Assembly: GCA_012523575.1 (NCBI GenBank)
Contig: JAAYIF010000006.1
Coordinates: forward strand, 64,064-128,063
Length of the DNA stretch: 64,000 bases
Direction: 5' to 3'
DNA from: Clostridia bacterium
Lineage (GTDB): Bacteria > Bacillota > DTU086
This document shows, piece by piece, positions 30,355 through 42,513 of this stretch (its first letter is position 1; each line of letters starts with the position of its first letter). The position numbers were made by a program, and so were the translations under genes. The notes beneath the pieces were generated by a model that ran no database searches, was not told the origin of the DNA, and was given only the letters and a program-made list of their open reading frames with translations.

Positions 30355-32966
30355 TCCAATGCTTTTAAGCTTCTCACTTTTTTCTGCAGTTCATACAAAG
30401 CACTGATAGCCTGAAGAGGTGTTGTGTTCAAAAGATCCAATTCTTCAATCTCTTCCAACAGTTCCTTTAGTTCTTTCCATTGTTCCTCTTTTACTTCAAA
30501 ATCTTTCTTTTTCTCCAAAATTCCAAAAGTATTTGTATTGAAACTTTTCTCCTCAAGCTGTATTAATATTTCTTCAGCCCTTTTAATAACTTCCTGGGGC
30601 AAACCGGCCAGTCGAGCAACCTGAATTCCATAACTTTTATCCGTACCTCCCGGAACAACTTTATGCAAAAATACTATCCCGTCATCTTTTTCTTTAGCAG
30701 TTACATTGAAATTTTTCACACCCGGCAGAAGTCTTTCCATTGCAGTTAATTCATGATAATGGGTGGCAAATAGGGTTTTGGATTTATTTTTACTTGCTAT
30801 ATATTCAATTATCGCCCAAGCTAAACTCAGCCCATCATAGGTACTGGTTCCCCGGCCCACTTCATCGAGAAGTACAAGACTTCTGGGCGTGGCATTGTTT
30901 ATAATATTGGAAACCTCATTCATTTCAACCAAAAATGTACTCTGGCCTGTTGTTATATCATCTGCCGCTCCTATTCTTGTAAATATTTTATCTATTATAG
31001 GTAGTTCAGCACTTTTTGCTGGCACTAAACTTCCCATTTGAGCCATAATGCATATAAGGGCATTCTGTCTAAGGTAAGTTGATTTTCCGGACATATTGGG
31101 ACCGGTAAGGATGATTATTCTTTGTTCTTCACAATTAAGTTCAAGATCATTGGGTACAAAATTTTCCTCTCCCACTGCTCTTTCAACCACTGGATGTCTC
31201 CCTTGAACTATTTTTATGGATTCATGTTTTTTGCTGATATTGGGCTTAACGTAATTGTAAAGGGCGGCAGCTTCTCCCAAAGAGCATAGAGCATCCAGTT
31301 CGGCCAAGGCATTGGCGGTTTGCTGAATTTGTCCCAGATATTTTGAAATAAAATTTCTTAAATTGTTAAATATTTCAATTTCCAGTCTGCTCAGTCGTTC
31401 CTCTGCACTGAACACTGTATTTTCATAATCTTTTAACTCCTTGGTTATAAACCTTTCGCAGTTTACAAGGGTCTGCTTACGAATATAATCATCGGGAACC
31501 GCATCAAGATTAGCTTTGGTAACTTCTATAAAATAGCCGAAAACTTTATTAAATTTAATTTTAAGGGACTTAATCCCCGTGCGCTCCCTTTCATTCTGCT
31601 CGAGATTCAATATCCACTGCTTGCTGTTTTTTAAGATATTCCTAAGCTCATCAATTTCCGAAGAATATCCTGGTTTAAAAATATTTCCCTCCCCCACCGT
31701 TGAAGGGGGATCGTCCACTATGGCATTTTCAATAACTCTTACAACTTCAGGGAGCTCCTGCAAATTTTGATTAAGAAAATTTATTTTTCTGCTTTTACAC
31801 TGGGAAAGACAAGATTTTATTTCAGGCAGCCGTTTTAATGATTCTTTTAAATTTATTAAATCCTTCGGTGTGGCATTTCCATAGGAAATTTTTGAGGTTA
31901 ATCGCTCCAGATCATATACGTAGGAAAAAAGACTGGCAAGCTTTTTTCTAGTTAAAGCGCTGTTTTTAAATTCTTCTACAGCTTCAAGTCTTAAATTTAT
32001 TTCCTTTTCATCCATAAGGGGAAGCTCAATCATATTTTTTAAAAAGCGGCTACCCATCGCAGTTTTGGTTTTATCAAGAACGTTCTGTAAAGTGTAATAC
32101 TCATTTTCAGTTTTAGAAGCTGTGAGTTCTAAATGCTTCCTGGTGGCAGGATCGATCATCATGTAAGCTTCTGTTTGATATGGAACAATTTTTAAAAAGT
32201 GACGCAATCTCGCCTTTTGAACATTATGAAGATAATTTAATAAAGCTCCTGCCGCAACAATACCTGCATGCATATGTTCACAGCCAAAGCTTCTTAAAGA
32301 AATTACATTGAAATGTTTGGTGAGAATTTCCCTATGATGTTGATAAGAATTTTTCTTGAGAGGAATTATATTAACCAGGGATTTAGGAAACCGTTCCCGG
32401 ATATTATTCCAGATTTTTGTATCCTTAAAATTTTCAGAAACCACAAACTCTGAAGGATGCAGCCTTATAACTTCACTAAAAAGCTTGTCCTTTTCATCCG
32501 CAACAAATTGGGTAACCTTTAAACAACCCGTGGATACATCTGCAAAGGACAAACCAAAATTATTGCCAAAAAAAACCAAGGAAACAATGTAGTTATTGGT
32601 ATTGGCATCGAGCATTTCGGAATCAATAACGGTCCCCGGGGTTATAACTTTGACCACTTCTCTTTTTACTAAACCTCTGCTTTGGGAAGGATCGCTTACC
32701 TGCTCACAAATAGCCACTTTAAACCCATTCTCAATTAGCTTCACTATGTAACTATCTGCGGCATGAAAAGGAACTCCGCACATGGGGACTTTTTTTCCTT
32801 TACCCACTTCTCTGCTGGTCAGTGTAATCTTAAGTATTTTTGAAGCCTTAAGGGCATCCTCAAAAAACATTTCGTAAAAATCTCCCAGCCTGAAAAAAAG
32901 TATGGCATCTCTATGCTGTTCCTTTATTTCTAAATACTGCTGCATCATTGGCGTTAACTTACCCAA
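30351..32966 (-). CDS. mutS: DNA mismatch repair protein MutS
   Basis: TPMMQQYLEIKEQH... N-terminus; ...ILTGPNMSGKSTYLRQ... Walker A; 871 aa. Confidence 0.9.
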   Translation of the reverse strand: MGKLTPMMQQYLEIKEQHRDAILFFRLGDFYEMFFEDALKASKILKITLTSREVGKGKKVPMCGVPFHAADSYIVKLIENGFKVAICEQVSDPSQSRGLVKREVVKVITPGTVIDSEMLDANTNNYIVSLVFFGNNFGLSFADVSTGCLKVTQFVADEKDKLFSEVIRLHPSEFVVSENFKDTKIWNNIRERFPKSLVNIIPLKKNSYQHHREILTKHFNVISLRSFGCEHMHAGIVAAGALLNYLHNVQKARLRHFLKIVPYQTEAYMMIDPATRKHLELTASKTENEYYTLQNVLDKTKTAMGSRFLKNMIELPLMDEKEINLRLEAVEEFKNSALTRKKLASLFSYVYDLERLTSKISYGNATPKDLINLKESLKRLPEIKSCLSQCKSRKINFLNQNLQELPEVVRVIENAIVDDPPSTVGEGNIFKPGYSSEIDELRNILKNSKQWILNLEQNERERTGIKSLKIKFNKVFGYFIEVTKANLDAVPDDYIRKQTLVNCERFITKELKDYENTVFSAEERLSRLEIEIFNNLRNFISKYLGQIQQTANALAELDALCSLGEAAALYNYVKPNISKKHESIKIVQGRHPVVERAVGEENFVPNDLELNCEEQRIIILTGPNMSGKSTYLRQNALICIMAQMGSLVPAKSAELPIIDKIFTRIGAADDITTGQSTFLVEMNEVSNIINNATPRSLVLLDEVGRGTSTYDGLSLAWAIIEYIASKNKSKTLFATHYHELTAMERLLPGVKNFNVTAKEKDDGIVFLHKVVPGGTDKSYGIQVARLAGLPQEVIKRAEEILIQLEEKSFNTNTFGILEKKKDFEVKEEQWKELKELLEEIEELDLLNTTPLQAISALYELQKKVRSLKALE

Positions 32967-33001
32967 ACAACCTTCCCCCTTTCGGCCAAACCAGACAAGA
33001 C

Positions 33002-34363
33002 CTATCCACTGCCTGACAATTTTCCTCCTAAAGACCAGGTTTGTGCAGATATAATTTCCACATTTTGAAAAGTACCATAAAGTTCCCCACCAAAATCATT
33101 TCCTTGAATATTTACGATTTTATTTGTTTCCGTTCTTCCCGAATATACCTTTTTCCCATCCTTTTCTTCTACGCTGTCAATCAATACCTCTATATTTTTA
33201 CCCAGCAGTTTTTTATTAATCTTTAAACTTATTTTATTTTGAAGTTCCATAAGTTCTTGCAGCCGTTCCTTCTTTTCTTCAAGGGGTATATTATCCTCAT
33301 ATTTTTCCGCCGCAAGGGTTCCTTGTCTAGGAGAATAAATAAACATGTAAGCATTATCAAATTCTACTTCTTTCACCACTTTAAGGGTTTGGTGGAAATC
33401 TTCTCTGGTCTCCCCTGGAAATCCAACTATTATATCCGTTGTTATACTTACCCCGGGAATATGGGTTTTAATTTTTGAAACCAGACTAAGATATTCTTCC
33501 TGGGTATATACCCTGTTCATGTTTTTTAATATTTTATTGCTTCCCGCCTGGACAGGAAGATGAATATGATTACATATCTTTTTAAAGTCAGCAATTGTTT
33601 TTATGAGCTTATTAGAAAAATCCTTAGGATGCGAAGTCATAAAACGTATTCTTTCTATACCTTTAATCTCCACAACCCTTCTGAGCAAATCGGAAAAATC
33701 AAACTGTTCCCTAAAATCTTTACCGTAGGAATTAACATTTTGCCCCAGAAGCATTACCTCAACACAGCCATTTTCAGCAAGATATTCAATCTCACTAATA
33801 ATAGCCTCAGGCTTTCTGCTTCTTTCCCTTCCCCTTACGAAAGGAACAATGCAGTATGAACAAAAATTATTACAACCGTAGGAAATAATAACTTTAGACT
33901 TTAAAAAGTTTTTACGTTTTTTGTAAATATTCCTTTCTTCCGGAATCCCCTTTTCCTTTTCCCATACTTCCAATACCCTTTCTTTTTTTAACAAAGCTCT
34001 TTTTATCAGTTCGGGGATTCTGTCAATGTTATGGGTTCCAAAAATGATATCCACTCCCGAAAATCTTTTTTTTATTCTTTCCCCCACTTCCTCCTGCTGC
34101 GTCATACATCCACCCACAGCTATAATTAAATCTGATTTGCTTCGTTTAATTTTAGAAAGCTCACCTAACCTTGCGTATACTTTATGCTCTGCCTTTTCTC
34201 TGACGCAGCATGTAATAAGTACAACTAAATCGGCCTCATCAACATTATCTACTTCTTTCATGCCCATATCTTCCAACATGCACTGGATCATCTCTGTGTC
34301 CCTTTCGTTCATCTGACAACCCCATGTCTGAGTCATATATTTCAAATCCTCTATTTTTTTCAT
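33002..34363 (-). CDS. miaB: tRNA-2-methylthio-N6-dimethylallyladenosine synthase
   Basis: MTTase N-terminus, radical-SAM CNNFCSYC, TRAM C-terminus. Confidence 0.9.
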   Translation of the reverse strand: MKKIEDLKYMTQTWGCQMNERDTEMIQCMLEDMGMKEVDNVDEADLVVLITCCVREKAEHKVYARLGELSKIKRSKSDLIIAVGGCMTQQEEVGERIKKRFSGVDIIFGTHNIDRIPELIKRALLKKERVLEVWEKEKGIPEERNIYKKRKNFLKSKVIISYGCNNFCSYCIVPFVRGRERSRKPEAIISEIEYLAENGCVEVMLLGQNVNSYGKDFREQFDFSDLLRRVVEIKGIERIRFMTSHPKDFSNKLIKTIADFKKICNHIHLPVQAGSNKILKNMNRVYTQEEYLSLVSKIKTHIPGVSITTDIIVGFPGETREDFHQTLKVVKEVEFDNAYMFIYSPRQGTLAAEKYEDNIPLEEKKERLQELMELQNKISLKINKKLLGKNIEVLIDSVEEKDGKKVYSGRTETNKIVNIQGNDFGGELYGTFQNVEIISAQTWSLGGKLSGSG

Positions 34364-34436
34364 TGTTCAATCACTCCAGTGAATTTTAATTTATCCCATT
34401 TTATGCTTTAAGCCCTGGTACGCCAGGGCTTAAAGG

Positions 34437-35696
34437 TTAGTTTTCTTTGTTCACATATTTCATCATTTTTCCTTCCCAGTTTCTAATTATAACATAATCT
34501 TTACCGGCTGAAATAAGATACTCAGGCAATATGGGCGTCTTCCCGAATCCCTGAGGAGCATTAATAATATAAGTGGGAATGGCAAGGCCTGATGTATAAC
34601 CTCTCATTTTTTCCATAATTTCTATCCCTTCTTCTATTCGGGTTATAAAGTGAGAGGTGCCGGTAACCGCCTTAGCATGGAATAAATAATAGGGCTTTAT
34701 GCGTGCTTTGAGCAACTCATGGCACAATTTTTTCATTACATGGGGATCATTATTAATGGATTTCAGCAGAACTGCCTGATTACCCAAAGGAACCCCCGCT
34801 TTAGCAAGTTTGTCAGTGGCAACCAAAACTTCCTTTGTAACTTCCTTTGGATGGTTAAATTGAGTATTCACATATACAGGGTGGTGACGTTCTAAAACAG
34901 CACATAGATCGTCTGTTATTCTCTGGGGCATGGTTGCCAACGTTCGGGAACCAAAACGCTTGATTTCCACGTGTTCTATCCTATCCAGTTTTGTTAATAT
35001 CCAATCTATTTTATCATCGTCCAGTAAGAAGGCATCCCCGCCCGTAATTAAAACATCCCTTATTTCCGGATTATTTTCAATGTATTTTATAGCTTCTTCT
35101 ATTTCTTTAGTTGTTCTCGCCCTATCAACTTCTCCAATATTGCGCCTTCTCTGGCAGTGACGGCAGTACATGGAGCATTGATTTGTAACATTAATAATCA
35201 GTCTATCAGGATATCTCCTTGTTATGCATGGGGCCGGAGAGGTAAATTCCTCAGCCATTGGGTCATCATCTACATCCAGTACATCGTTCAATTCCAAAAT
35301 TGAAGGGATAGCTTGCTTCCTTATGGGACAGTTTGGGTTATCCGGATCCATTAGGCTGACATAATACGGAACAGCTGCCCAGCGATATTTTTTGCTGACC
35401 CTTTTAATATCTTCGATTTCCTGTTCTGTTAAATTTATAACATTAGCCAGAGCCTCAACTGTTTCAAAACGATTGCGCATCTGCCAACGCCAATCCTGCC
35501 AATCTTCTTCTGTGGCATTTAAATAATTTAATATCCTGCGCTTATTTTCTTCAATTTGATCCGCCAGCTTTAAACCCGTTTCTATATTTTTAGAAGCTTC
35601 TAAAAAATCACTAATTCTCTCCTTTAACTCCTCGGCTCTTTTTAATGCCAATTGTCTTTTTTCTTCTGGAGTTAAATTTTTGCCCTTATTTTGCAT
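34437..35696 (-). CDS. kamA: lysine 2,3-aminomutase (KamA family radical SAM)
   Basis: CSMYCRHCQRRR cluster motif; KamA-type N- and C-termini. Confidence 0.8.
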   Translation of the reverse strand: MQNKGKNLTPEEKRQLALKRAEELKERISDFLEASKNIETGLKLADQIEENKRRILNYLNATEEDWQDWRWQMRNRFETVEALANVINLTEQEIEDIKRVSKKYRWAAVPYYVSLMDPDNPNCPIRKQAIPSILELNDVLDVDDDPMAEEFTSPAPCITRRYPDRLIINVTNQCSMYCRHCQRRRNIGEVDRARTTKEIEEAIKYIENNPEIRDVLITGGDAFLLDDDKIDWILTKLDRIEHVEIKRFGSRTLATMPQRITDDLCAVLERHHPVYVNTQFNHPKEVTKEVLVATDKLAKAGVPLGNQAVLLKSINNDPHVMKKLCHELLKARIKPYYLFHAKAVTGTSHFITRIEEGIEIMEKMRGYTSGLAIPTYIINAPQGFGKTPILPEYLISAGKDYVIIRNWEGKMMKYVNKEN

Positions 35697-35737
35697 AGAG
35701 ATATCACCGCTTCCCTAACTTATTTTTTATAAAAATT

Positions 35738-37210
<1,473 letters not shown>

Positions 37211-37290
37211 CTATTGAAACCATTATAGCATAGTGAAACTGTGTGACAACATAATAAATCAATCCCTTTGATAGGAAGAGATTAAAATAA

Positions 37291-37322
37291 AAAAGCACCT
37301 TAACCCGGTGCTTTTAAGCTAT
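37291..37322. terminator. bidirectional hairpin terminator after the small HTH gene
   Basis: AAAAAAGCACC-ttaacccG-GTGCTTTT. Confidence 0.5.
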
Positions 37323-37339
37323 TAATAAATTTTTTTATT

Positions 37340-37567
37340 TTAATCACGCCCAACGATGGATTGAAGTCCATACCTTTCAAAATGTTCCCTTAAATGGGCT
37401 ATGGTTCTTTCAGAAACTCCAAATTCTTCTGCCAATTCAGAATCACTGCGATTTAATTTAATGGCCTCGATAAATTTGTCAAAGTTTATTCCCAGTTCAT
37501 TGGTTTTATCCTTTAAACTAGGTTGAAGACCCCATGGAACCCTGGATACTGGATATTTTTCTTCCAC
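37340..37567 (-). CDS. small helix-turn-helix protein
   Basis: ...RSDSELAEEFGVSERTIAHLREHF... HTH in a 75-aa protein. Confidence 0.45.
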   Translation of the reverse strand: MEEKYPVSRVPWGLQPSLKDKTNELGINFDKFIEAIKLNRSDSELAEEFGVSERTIAHLREHFERYGLQSIVGRD

Positions 37568-37668
37568 ATTAAACTCCTCCAGATATTTAGTATCAACTAT
37601 ATTATGACCAATTCTGTATTAAAAATAATCATTCCATGAACTGGGTAAGCTTTCCAAAAAAATAATAA

Positions 37669-38508
37669 TCAACGCTGCTGCCCGTTATTTTGTGATCTCT
37701 TGTATATTTCAAGAATTATTGAATAGTCAACGAAACATTTACCAAGCTCATCCCCCTCATATCCATGGAAATCAGAACCCCCGGTTATAATTAAATCATG
37801 CTTCTCTGCTATACCTTTGTAAAATTCAACAGTCTCCGTTGAGTGTAATGGATAATATACTTCAATCCCCAATAAGCCGTTTTTTATTAATTCAAAAACC
37901 ACTTCATGTTTATTTTTTAAGCTTAAGCCGGGATGAGCTAAAACCGGCACTCCCCCTGCATTTAACACAACCTCAATAGCTTCAAAGGGTGTTATTTTCT
38001 TTCTTGGAACATAAGCCGGTTTGCCTGCTTCCAACAAAGAGGAAAAAACTTCTTGGGTATCGGAAAAGTATCCTTTGCTGATAAGGGCCTTTGCCACATG
38101 AGGTCTTCCTATACTACCGCTGTCTTTTTCTTTTGTGGCAAGGACATCGGAAAAATCTATATGATAGCCAAGCTTATTTAATTTAGAAATAATTTTTTCT
38201 ATACGTTTTATTCTACTTTCCTGAAGGGAATGTAGATAATCATGAAGCCAATTTAAATTGTGGTTAATATTATAACCCAGTATATGAATATCGCAATCTT
38301 TCCAGTAACTGCCAATTTCTATTCCGGGAACGATGGTTAAATTTCCATGCTGTTTTTGTAATAATTCAAATTCCTTAAGACCTTCCACTGTATCATGATC
38401 CGTAATGGCAATTCCGGACAATTTTGCCTCTTCAGCCTTTTTACAAATTTGTGCTGCATTGAAAAAACCGTCCGAGGCAGTGGTATGAATATGGAAATCA
38501 ACTTTCAT
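37669..38508 (-). CDS. PHP-domain metal-dependent phosphoesterase
   Basis: MKVDFHIHTTASDG... then ITDHDTVEG... (PHP/TrpH-YcdX-like). Confidence 0.8.
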   Translation of the reverse strand: MKVDFHIHTTASDGFFNAAQICKKAEEAKLSGIAITDHDTVEGLKEFELLQKQHGNLTIVPGIEIGSYWKDCDIHILGYNINHNLNWLHDYLHSLQESRIKRIEKIISKLNKLGYHIDFSDVLATKEKDSGSIGRPHVAKALISKGYFSDTQEVFSSLLEAGKPAYVPRKKITPFEAIEVVLNAGGVPVLAHPGLSLKNKHEVVFELIKNGLLGIEVYYPLHSTETVEFYKGIAEKHDLIITGGSDFHGYEGDELGKCFVDYSIILEIYKRSQNNGQQR

Positions 38509-38517
38509 AACCTATAA

Positions 38518-39480
38518 TCAACCCTTCAACACATTTTTTAACAATCTTATTATATTTCCACCCATAATTTTTTCTATTTCGGAATCCTTGAAACCATCCT
38601 TCCACAAAGCATCTATTAAAGAAGGGATTTTGCCCGCATGTTCCAGACCTTTGGGCAAAGTTTCAGTCCCGTCAAAATCAGAACCTATTCCTATGTAATC
38701 TACCCCCACGAGTTTTTTAATATATTTAATATGAGCAATAACATCATCCAACTCAGCGGTATCACTGTTATGGGTTAAAAAATATGGAACAAAGGTTACA
38801 CAGATTACTCCTCCTATTTCAGCTAAAGCCTTAATCTGCCTTTGATTTAAATTCCTAGGATGATTGCAAAGTTCATAAACATTGGAATGGGAAGCAATAA
38901 CAGGATATTCAGTATATTTTACCACATCCCAAAAACCACCCTGGTTAAGATGGGATACGTCTATAAGCATTCCTAATCTGTTCATTTCTTTAACGACTTT
39001 GATGCCAAAATTACTTAAACCCCCAATGGGTTTTTCATTAATCCCATCCCCAATGGCATTTCTGTGATTCCAGGTCAGGGTTAAGCAGCGCACACCCAAA
39101 TGGTATAAAATACGCAGTAAGGCTAAATCCTCTTGAATAGCTTCTCCCCCTTCAACGCAAAGCAGGGCAGCTATTTTATTCCCTTTAAGAATTCTATTTA
39201 TGTCAGGATAGCTGAAAATTAATTCAATCTTTTCCCTGTTTTCCTCAACTTCTTTAAAAAAATCATCCATCAAATGTAAAGTTCTTTCAAGGACACTGTG
39301 GGGTTTAAACTGTTCCTCAACAAAAACTGCAAAAAACTGGATATTTATACCGCCTTCATGCATTCGGGGAATATCCAAATGACCTGTATCCAAACGAAGA
39401 CCCAATTTCCTTCCTTTATTAATCTCAAGTATGGTATCACAGTGGGCATCAGCAATAACAATTTTTTCCGGATGCTGCAT
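38518..39480 (-). CDS. membrane dipeptidase (peptidase M19)
   Basis: IADAHCDTILE N-terminus and other renal-dipeptidase family motifs. Confidence 0.8.
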   Translation of the reverse strand: MQHPEKIVIADAHCDTILEINKGRKLGLRLDTGHLDIPRMHEGGINIQFFAVFVEEQFKPHSVLERTLHLMDDFFKEVEENREKIELIFSYPDINRILKGNKIAALLCVEGGEAIQEDLALLRILYHLGVRCLTLTWNHRNAIGDGINEKPIGGLSNFGIKVVKEMNRLGMLIDVSHLNQGGFWDVVKYTEYPVIASHSNVYELCNHPRNLNQRQIKALAEIGGVICVTFVPYFLTHNSDTAELDDVIAHIKYIKKLVGVDYIGIGSDFDGTETLPKGLEHAGKIPSLIDALWKDGFKDSEIEKIMGGNIIRLLKNVLKG

Positions 39481-39506
39481 TTAAAATCACTCCAAAAAAC
39501 AATAAA

Positions 39507-39545
39507 AACCTGCCTATTATTTTAGTAACAATAGGCAGGCTTTTT
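39507..39545 (-). terminator. spoVS terminator
   Basis: CCTGCCTATTGTTACTAAAATAATAGGCAGG followed by TTTTTATTGTTTTTT on the minus strand. Confidence 0.55.
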
Positions 39546-39565
39546 ATGACAACTTTTACTCAAGT

Positions 39566-39826
39566 TTATCTCGGCTCAACAATCAACTTAATAGCAGTTC
39601 TTTCTTCCCCATCAATCTGAATATCTGTAAAGGCTGGAATACAAATTAAATCAATACCACTTGGAGCAACAAATCCCCGCGCAATGGCAATTGCCTTAAC
39701 AGCTTGGTTAATTGCACCGGCTCCGATTGCCTGAATTTCTGCAGCTCCCCTTTCTCTTAAAACTCCTGCCAAAGCACCTGCAACAGAATTTGGACTTGAC
39801 TTTGCTGAAACCTTTAACACTTCCAT
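39566..39826 (-). CDS. spoVS: stage V sporulation protein S
   Basis: MEVLKVSAKSSPNSVAGALAGVLRE..., a near-invariant SpoVS sequence. Confidence 0.9.
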   Translation of the reverse strand: MEVLKVSAKSSPNSVAGALAGVLRERGAAEIQAIGAGAINQAVKAIAIARGFVAPSGIDLICIPAFTDIQIDGEERTAIKLIVEPR

Positions 39827-40019
39827 CAGTTAAAACCTCCCTCGCTGTCTCATTAGTTGAAAATTATCTGGTTCATTTTATCCTATTCGCCCTTATTAAA
39901 AAAAATCCTTTTTTAATTATTAAATTTTGCAATATTTTCTAAAATATAAAAGAATCCAATTTAAAAAGTAAAAATCCATCCTTTTGTAAATATGTACATT
40001 AATCTGGAAATTTATTCTT

Positions 40020-40535
40020 TTATGAATTAAAAACCATAACCCTTCCCTTTTCCCTAAAGGCAATAATTTTATTTTTAGGCATGAATCTTACGTTTTCTAA
40101 TATTTTTCCAATATCTTCATCCTGAATTGATAAGTTCCCGTCTTCGAAAAATCCATTTTGCTCACTTATTAAATGGTCCTTAAAGAATTCCTTTAAAAAA
40201 TTAATGGTTAATCCAATTTCAATGCTGTCAAGGGTATCAATATCTCTGCTTATTTCCAATAAAGTTAAGTCTTCATAGCAATTATATCTAATGTCTAAAA
40301 TTTTTGATTGGATATTTTTTAGAAAATGAAATGTTTCCAAACAGGAAACCAGCTGTTTTTTTAAATTTTCACTTATTTCTGAAGAAGTTATGCCTGAAAC
40401 AATAAATACGAGAATTAAAACGTTTCTTATAGGGTCTATTTTAATTGTTCCCACTTCGGGGTATTTAACTAAAATAGAAGTTAATAAATCCACGCTGTCC
40501 AAATTATCTTTTTTTTGTTTCATTTTAACTTTCAA
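40020..40535 (-). CDS. hypothetical protein
   Basis: 171-aa ORF between rny and spoVS with good codon usage; no family recognised. B. subtilis has ymdB at this position, and this protein is not YmdB-like. Confidence 0.45.
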   Translation of the reverse strand: MKVKMKQKKDNLDSVDLLTSILVKYPEVGTIKIDPIRNVLILVFIVSGITSSEISENLKKQLVSCLETFHFLKNIQSKILDIRYNCYEDLTLLEISRDIDTLDSIEIGLTINFLKEFFKDHLISEQNGFFEDGNLSIQDEDIGKILENVRFMPKNKIIAFREKGRVMVFNS

Positions 40536-40663
40536 AACTACACCACCTGCCCTGTTTATAAACTGTCTTATAAACTAAGAATAATCTTTCTTTTAATAAA
40601 CTCCTTTTCCTTCAAGGAACTGCTGCCATTTAGCTCCTTTTTTGGGCTTAAAATCATTTTATG

Positions 40664-40700
40664 ATGAATATATAAAATATAAAAAAGGCTGCTTCATACA
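40664..40700 (-). terminator. rny terminator
   Basis: GGCTGCTGTATGAAGCAGCC followed by TTTTTTATATTTT on the minus strand. Confidence 0.55.
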
Positions 40701-40721
40701 GCAGCCCATAATGGATTTTCT

Positions 40722-42254
40722 TTATTTTGCATAATCTACACACCGGGTTTCCCGGATTACAACAACTTTTATTTGCCCCGGATATTCCAGTTCGTTTTCA
40801 ATTGTTTTTACAATGTCCCTTGCTAATTTTGCCGAAGCAACATCATCAACCTTATCAGGTTTTACCATTATTCGTATTTCACGGCCAGCTTGTATTGCGT
40901 AGGCTTTTTCCACTCCCTCAAAGGAATCTGCTATTTCTTCCAACTTCTCAAGTCTCTTAATGTATGCTTCCAGGGTTTCTCTTCTAGCTCCCGGCCTTGC
41001 AGCGGAAATAGCATCAGCCGCCAATACAAGTGCCGCTTCTATGCTTTGCGCTTCAACATCCCCGTGGTGTGCAGCAATGGCATTAACAACTCCCGGTGGC
41101 TCATTGAATTTCTTTGCAATATCAGCACCTATCTGGACATGGGGTCCTTCCACTTCGTGGTCCACTGCCTTACCTATATCGTGAAGTAGGCCTGCTCTTT
41201 TGGCCAAATTTACATCTACTCCTAACTCAGCGGCCATTGTTCCTGCAAGATGTGCAACCTCGATGGAATGCTTAAGTACATTTTGACCGTAACTGGTTCT
41301 GTATTTTAATCTTCCTAGAAGCTTTATAAGTTCAGGATGTATGTTATGGACACCTACTTCAAAAACCGCCCTTTCCCCTTCAGCTCTGATTATCTGATCT
41401 ACTTCTTTTTCAGCTTTTTTAACCGCTTCCTCAATCCTTGCCGGATGAATTCTGCCGTCATTTATCAAATTCTCCAGTGCAATGCGAGCTATTTCTCTTC
41501 TTATGGGATCAAATCCGGACAAAATAACAGCTTCAGGGGTATCATCGATAATAAGGTCTATACCGGTTAATGTCTCTAAGGTTCTAATATTTCTACCTTC
41601 TCTTCCGATAATGCGTCCTTTCATTTCATCATTGGGCAGATTAACAACGGAAACTGTGGTTTCCGCTACGTGGTCGGCAGCACACCTTTGAATAGCAGTG
41701 GTAATTATCTCTTTGGCTCTTTTATCCGCTTCCTCTTTGGCTTTGGTTTCTATTTCTTTAATAAGTGCGGCCATTTCATGCTTCATTTCCTGCTCTACTT
41801 TAGCCAGTAAAATTTCTTTTGCTTCCTCGGAAGTCAATCCCGATAACTTTTCCAGTTCCTCCAACTGTTTAGCATACTGTTCTTCCAATTTGGCTCGGAG
41901 ATTATCCAGCTCTTGCTGTTTTTTATGCAGCAGCTCCTCTTTTCTTTCTATGGTTTCGCTCTTTTTATCCAATTGTTCTTCCTTGTTAACAAGTCTTTTT
42001 TCTAATCTTTGCAGCTCATTTCTTCTTTCCTTGGTTTCCCTTTCCAATTCATTTCGTAGAGCATGTACTTCTTCCTTTGCTTCCAGAAGGAGCTCTCTTT
42101 TCCTTGCTTCCGCTTCTTTTTCAGCTTGTTCAAGTATTTTTCTGGCATCTTGTTCAGCTGATGTTATCTTTGCTTCAACAATTAATTTTCGTATTAAATA
42201 ACCGGTTGCCAAACCGGTAATTAAAGCTAAAACTGCTACTAAGATAGTAGATAT
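40722..42254 (-). CDS. rny: ribonuclease Y
   Basis: Coiled-coil, KH and HD domains (...[17 protein letters not shown]...LLHDIGKA...). The track ORF starts at an internal TTG (42212), but the conserved N-terminal TM anchor [19 protein letters not shown] is encoded in frame upstream with no ATG/GTG/TTG. AAGGAGGTG lies 7 nt before an ATA codon at about 42252-42254. Confidence 0.85.
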   Translation of the reverse strand: MSTILVAVLALITGLATGYLIRKLIVEAKITSAEQDARKILEQAEKEAEARKRELLLEAKEEVHALRNELERETKERRNELQRLEKRLVNKEEQLDKKSETIERKEELLHKKQQELDNLRAKLEEQYAKQLEELEKLSGLTSEEAKEILLAKVEQEMKHEMAALIKEIETKAKEEADKRAKEIITTAIQRCAADHVAETTVSVVNLPNDEMKGRIIGREGRNIRTLETLTGIDLIIDDTPEAVILSGFDPIRREIARIALENLINDGRIHPARIEEAVKKAEKEVDQIIRAEGERAVFEVGVHNIHPELIKLLGRLKYRTSYGQNVLKHSIEVAHLAGTMAAELGVDVNLAKRAGLLHDIGKAVDHEVEGPHVQIGADIAKKFNEPPGVVNAIAAHHGDVEAQSIEAALVLAADAISAARPGARRETLEAYIKRLEKLEEIADSFEGVEKAYAIQAGREIRIMVKPDKVDDVASAKLARDIVKTIENELEYPGQIKVVVIRETRCVDYAK

Positions 42255-42287
42255 ATCCTTTCACCTCCTTGCTCTATTCAATTTTCA

Positions 42288-42322
42288 ATGAGCCAAAAAG
42301 AAAAACCGAGCGAAACTCGGCC
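42288..42322 (-). terminator. hairpin and U-run immediately upstream of the rny SD; also the only terminator downstream of recA
   Basis: CCGAG-tttcg-CTCGG followed by TTTTTCTTTTTGG on the minus strand. Confidence 0.45.
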
Positions 42323-42513
42323 CAAAACTACCAATATTTCAGCGGGTTTTTATAATTAAGCCAATAATGCAAAAAACAGCCAAATGTTCAGCTAAACTAG
42401 ATCTTTAGCCTGTATTTTGCTAAAATGACTATATTGCCATAAAAATCAAAAATTTTTTTAAAAAACCTTTATTATAAACCCATATTGGTAGTTTTTTTCA
42501 ACCTAGCTCCTTC

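Noticed and set aside
41698-42201. 167-aa Ser-rich plus-strand ORF
   Set aside because: It is antisense to the coiled-coil region of rny. It is an open frame caused by a repetitive GAA/GCT-rich antisense sequence.
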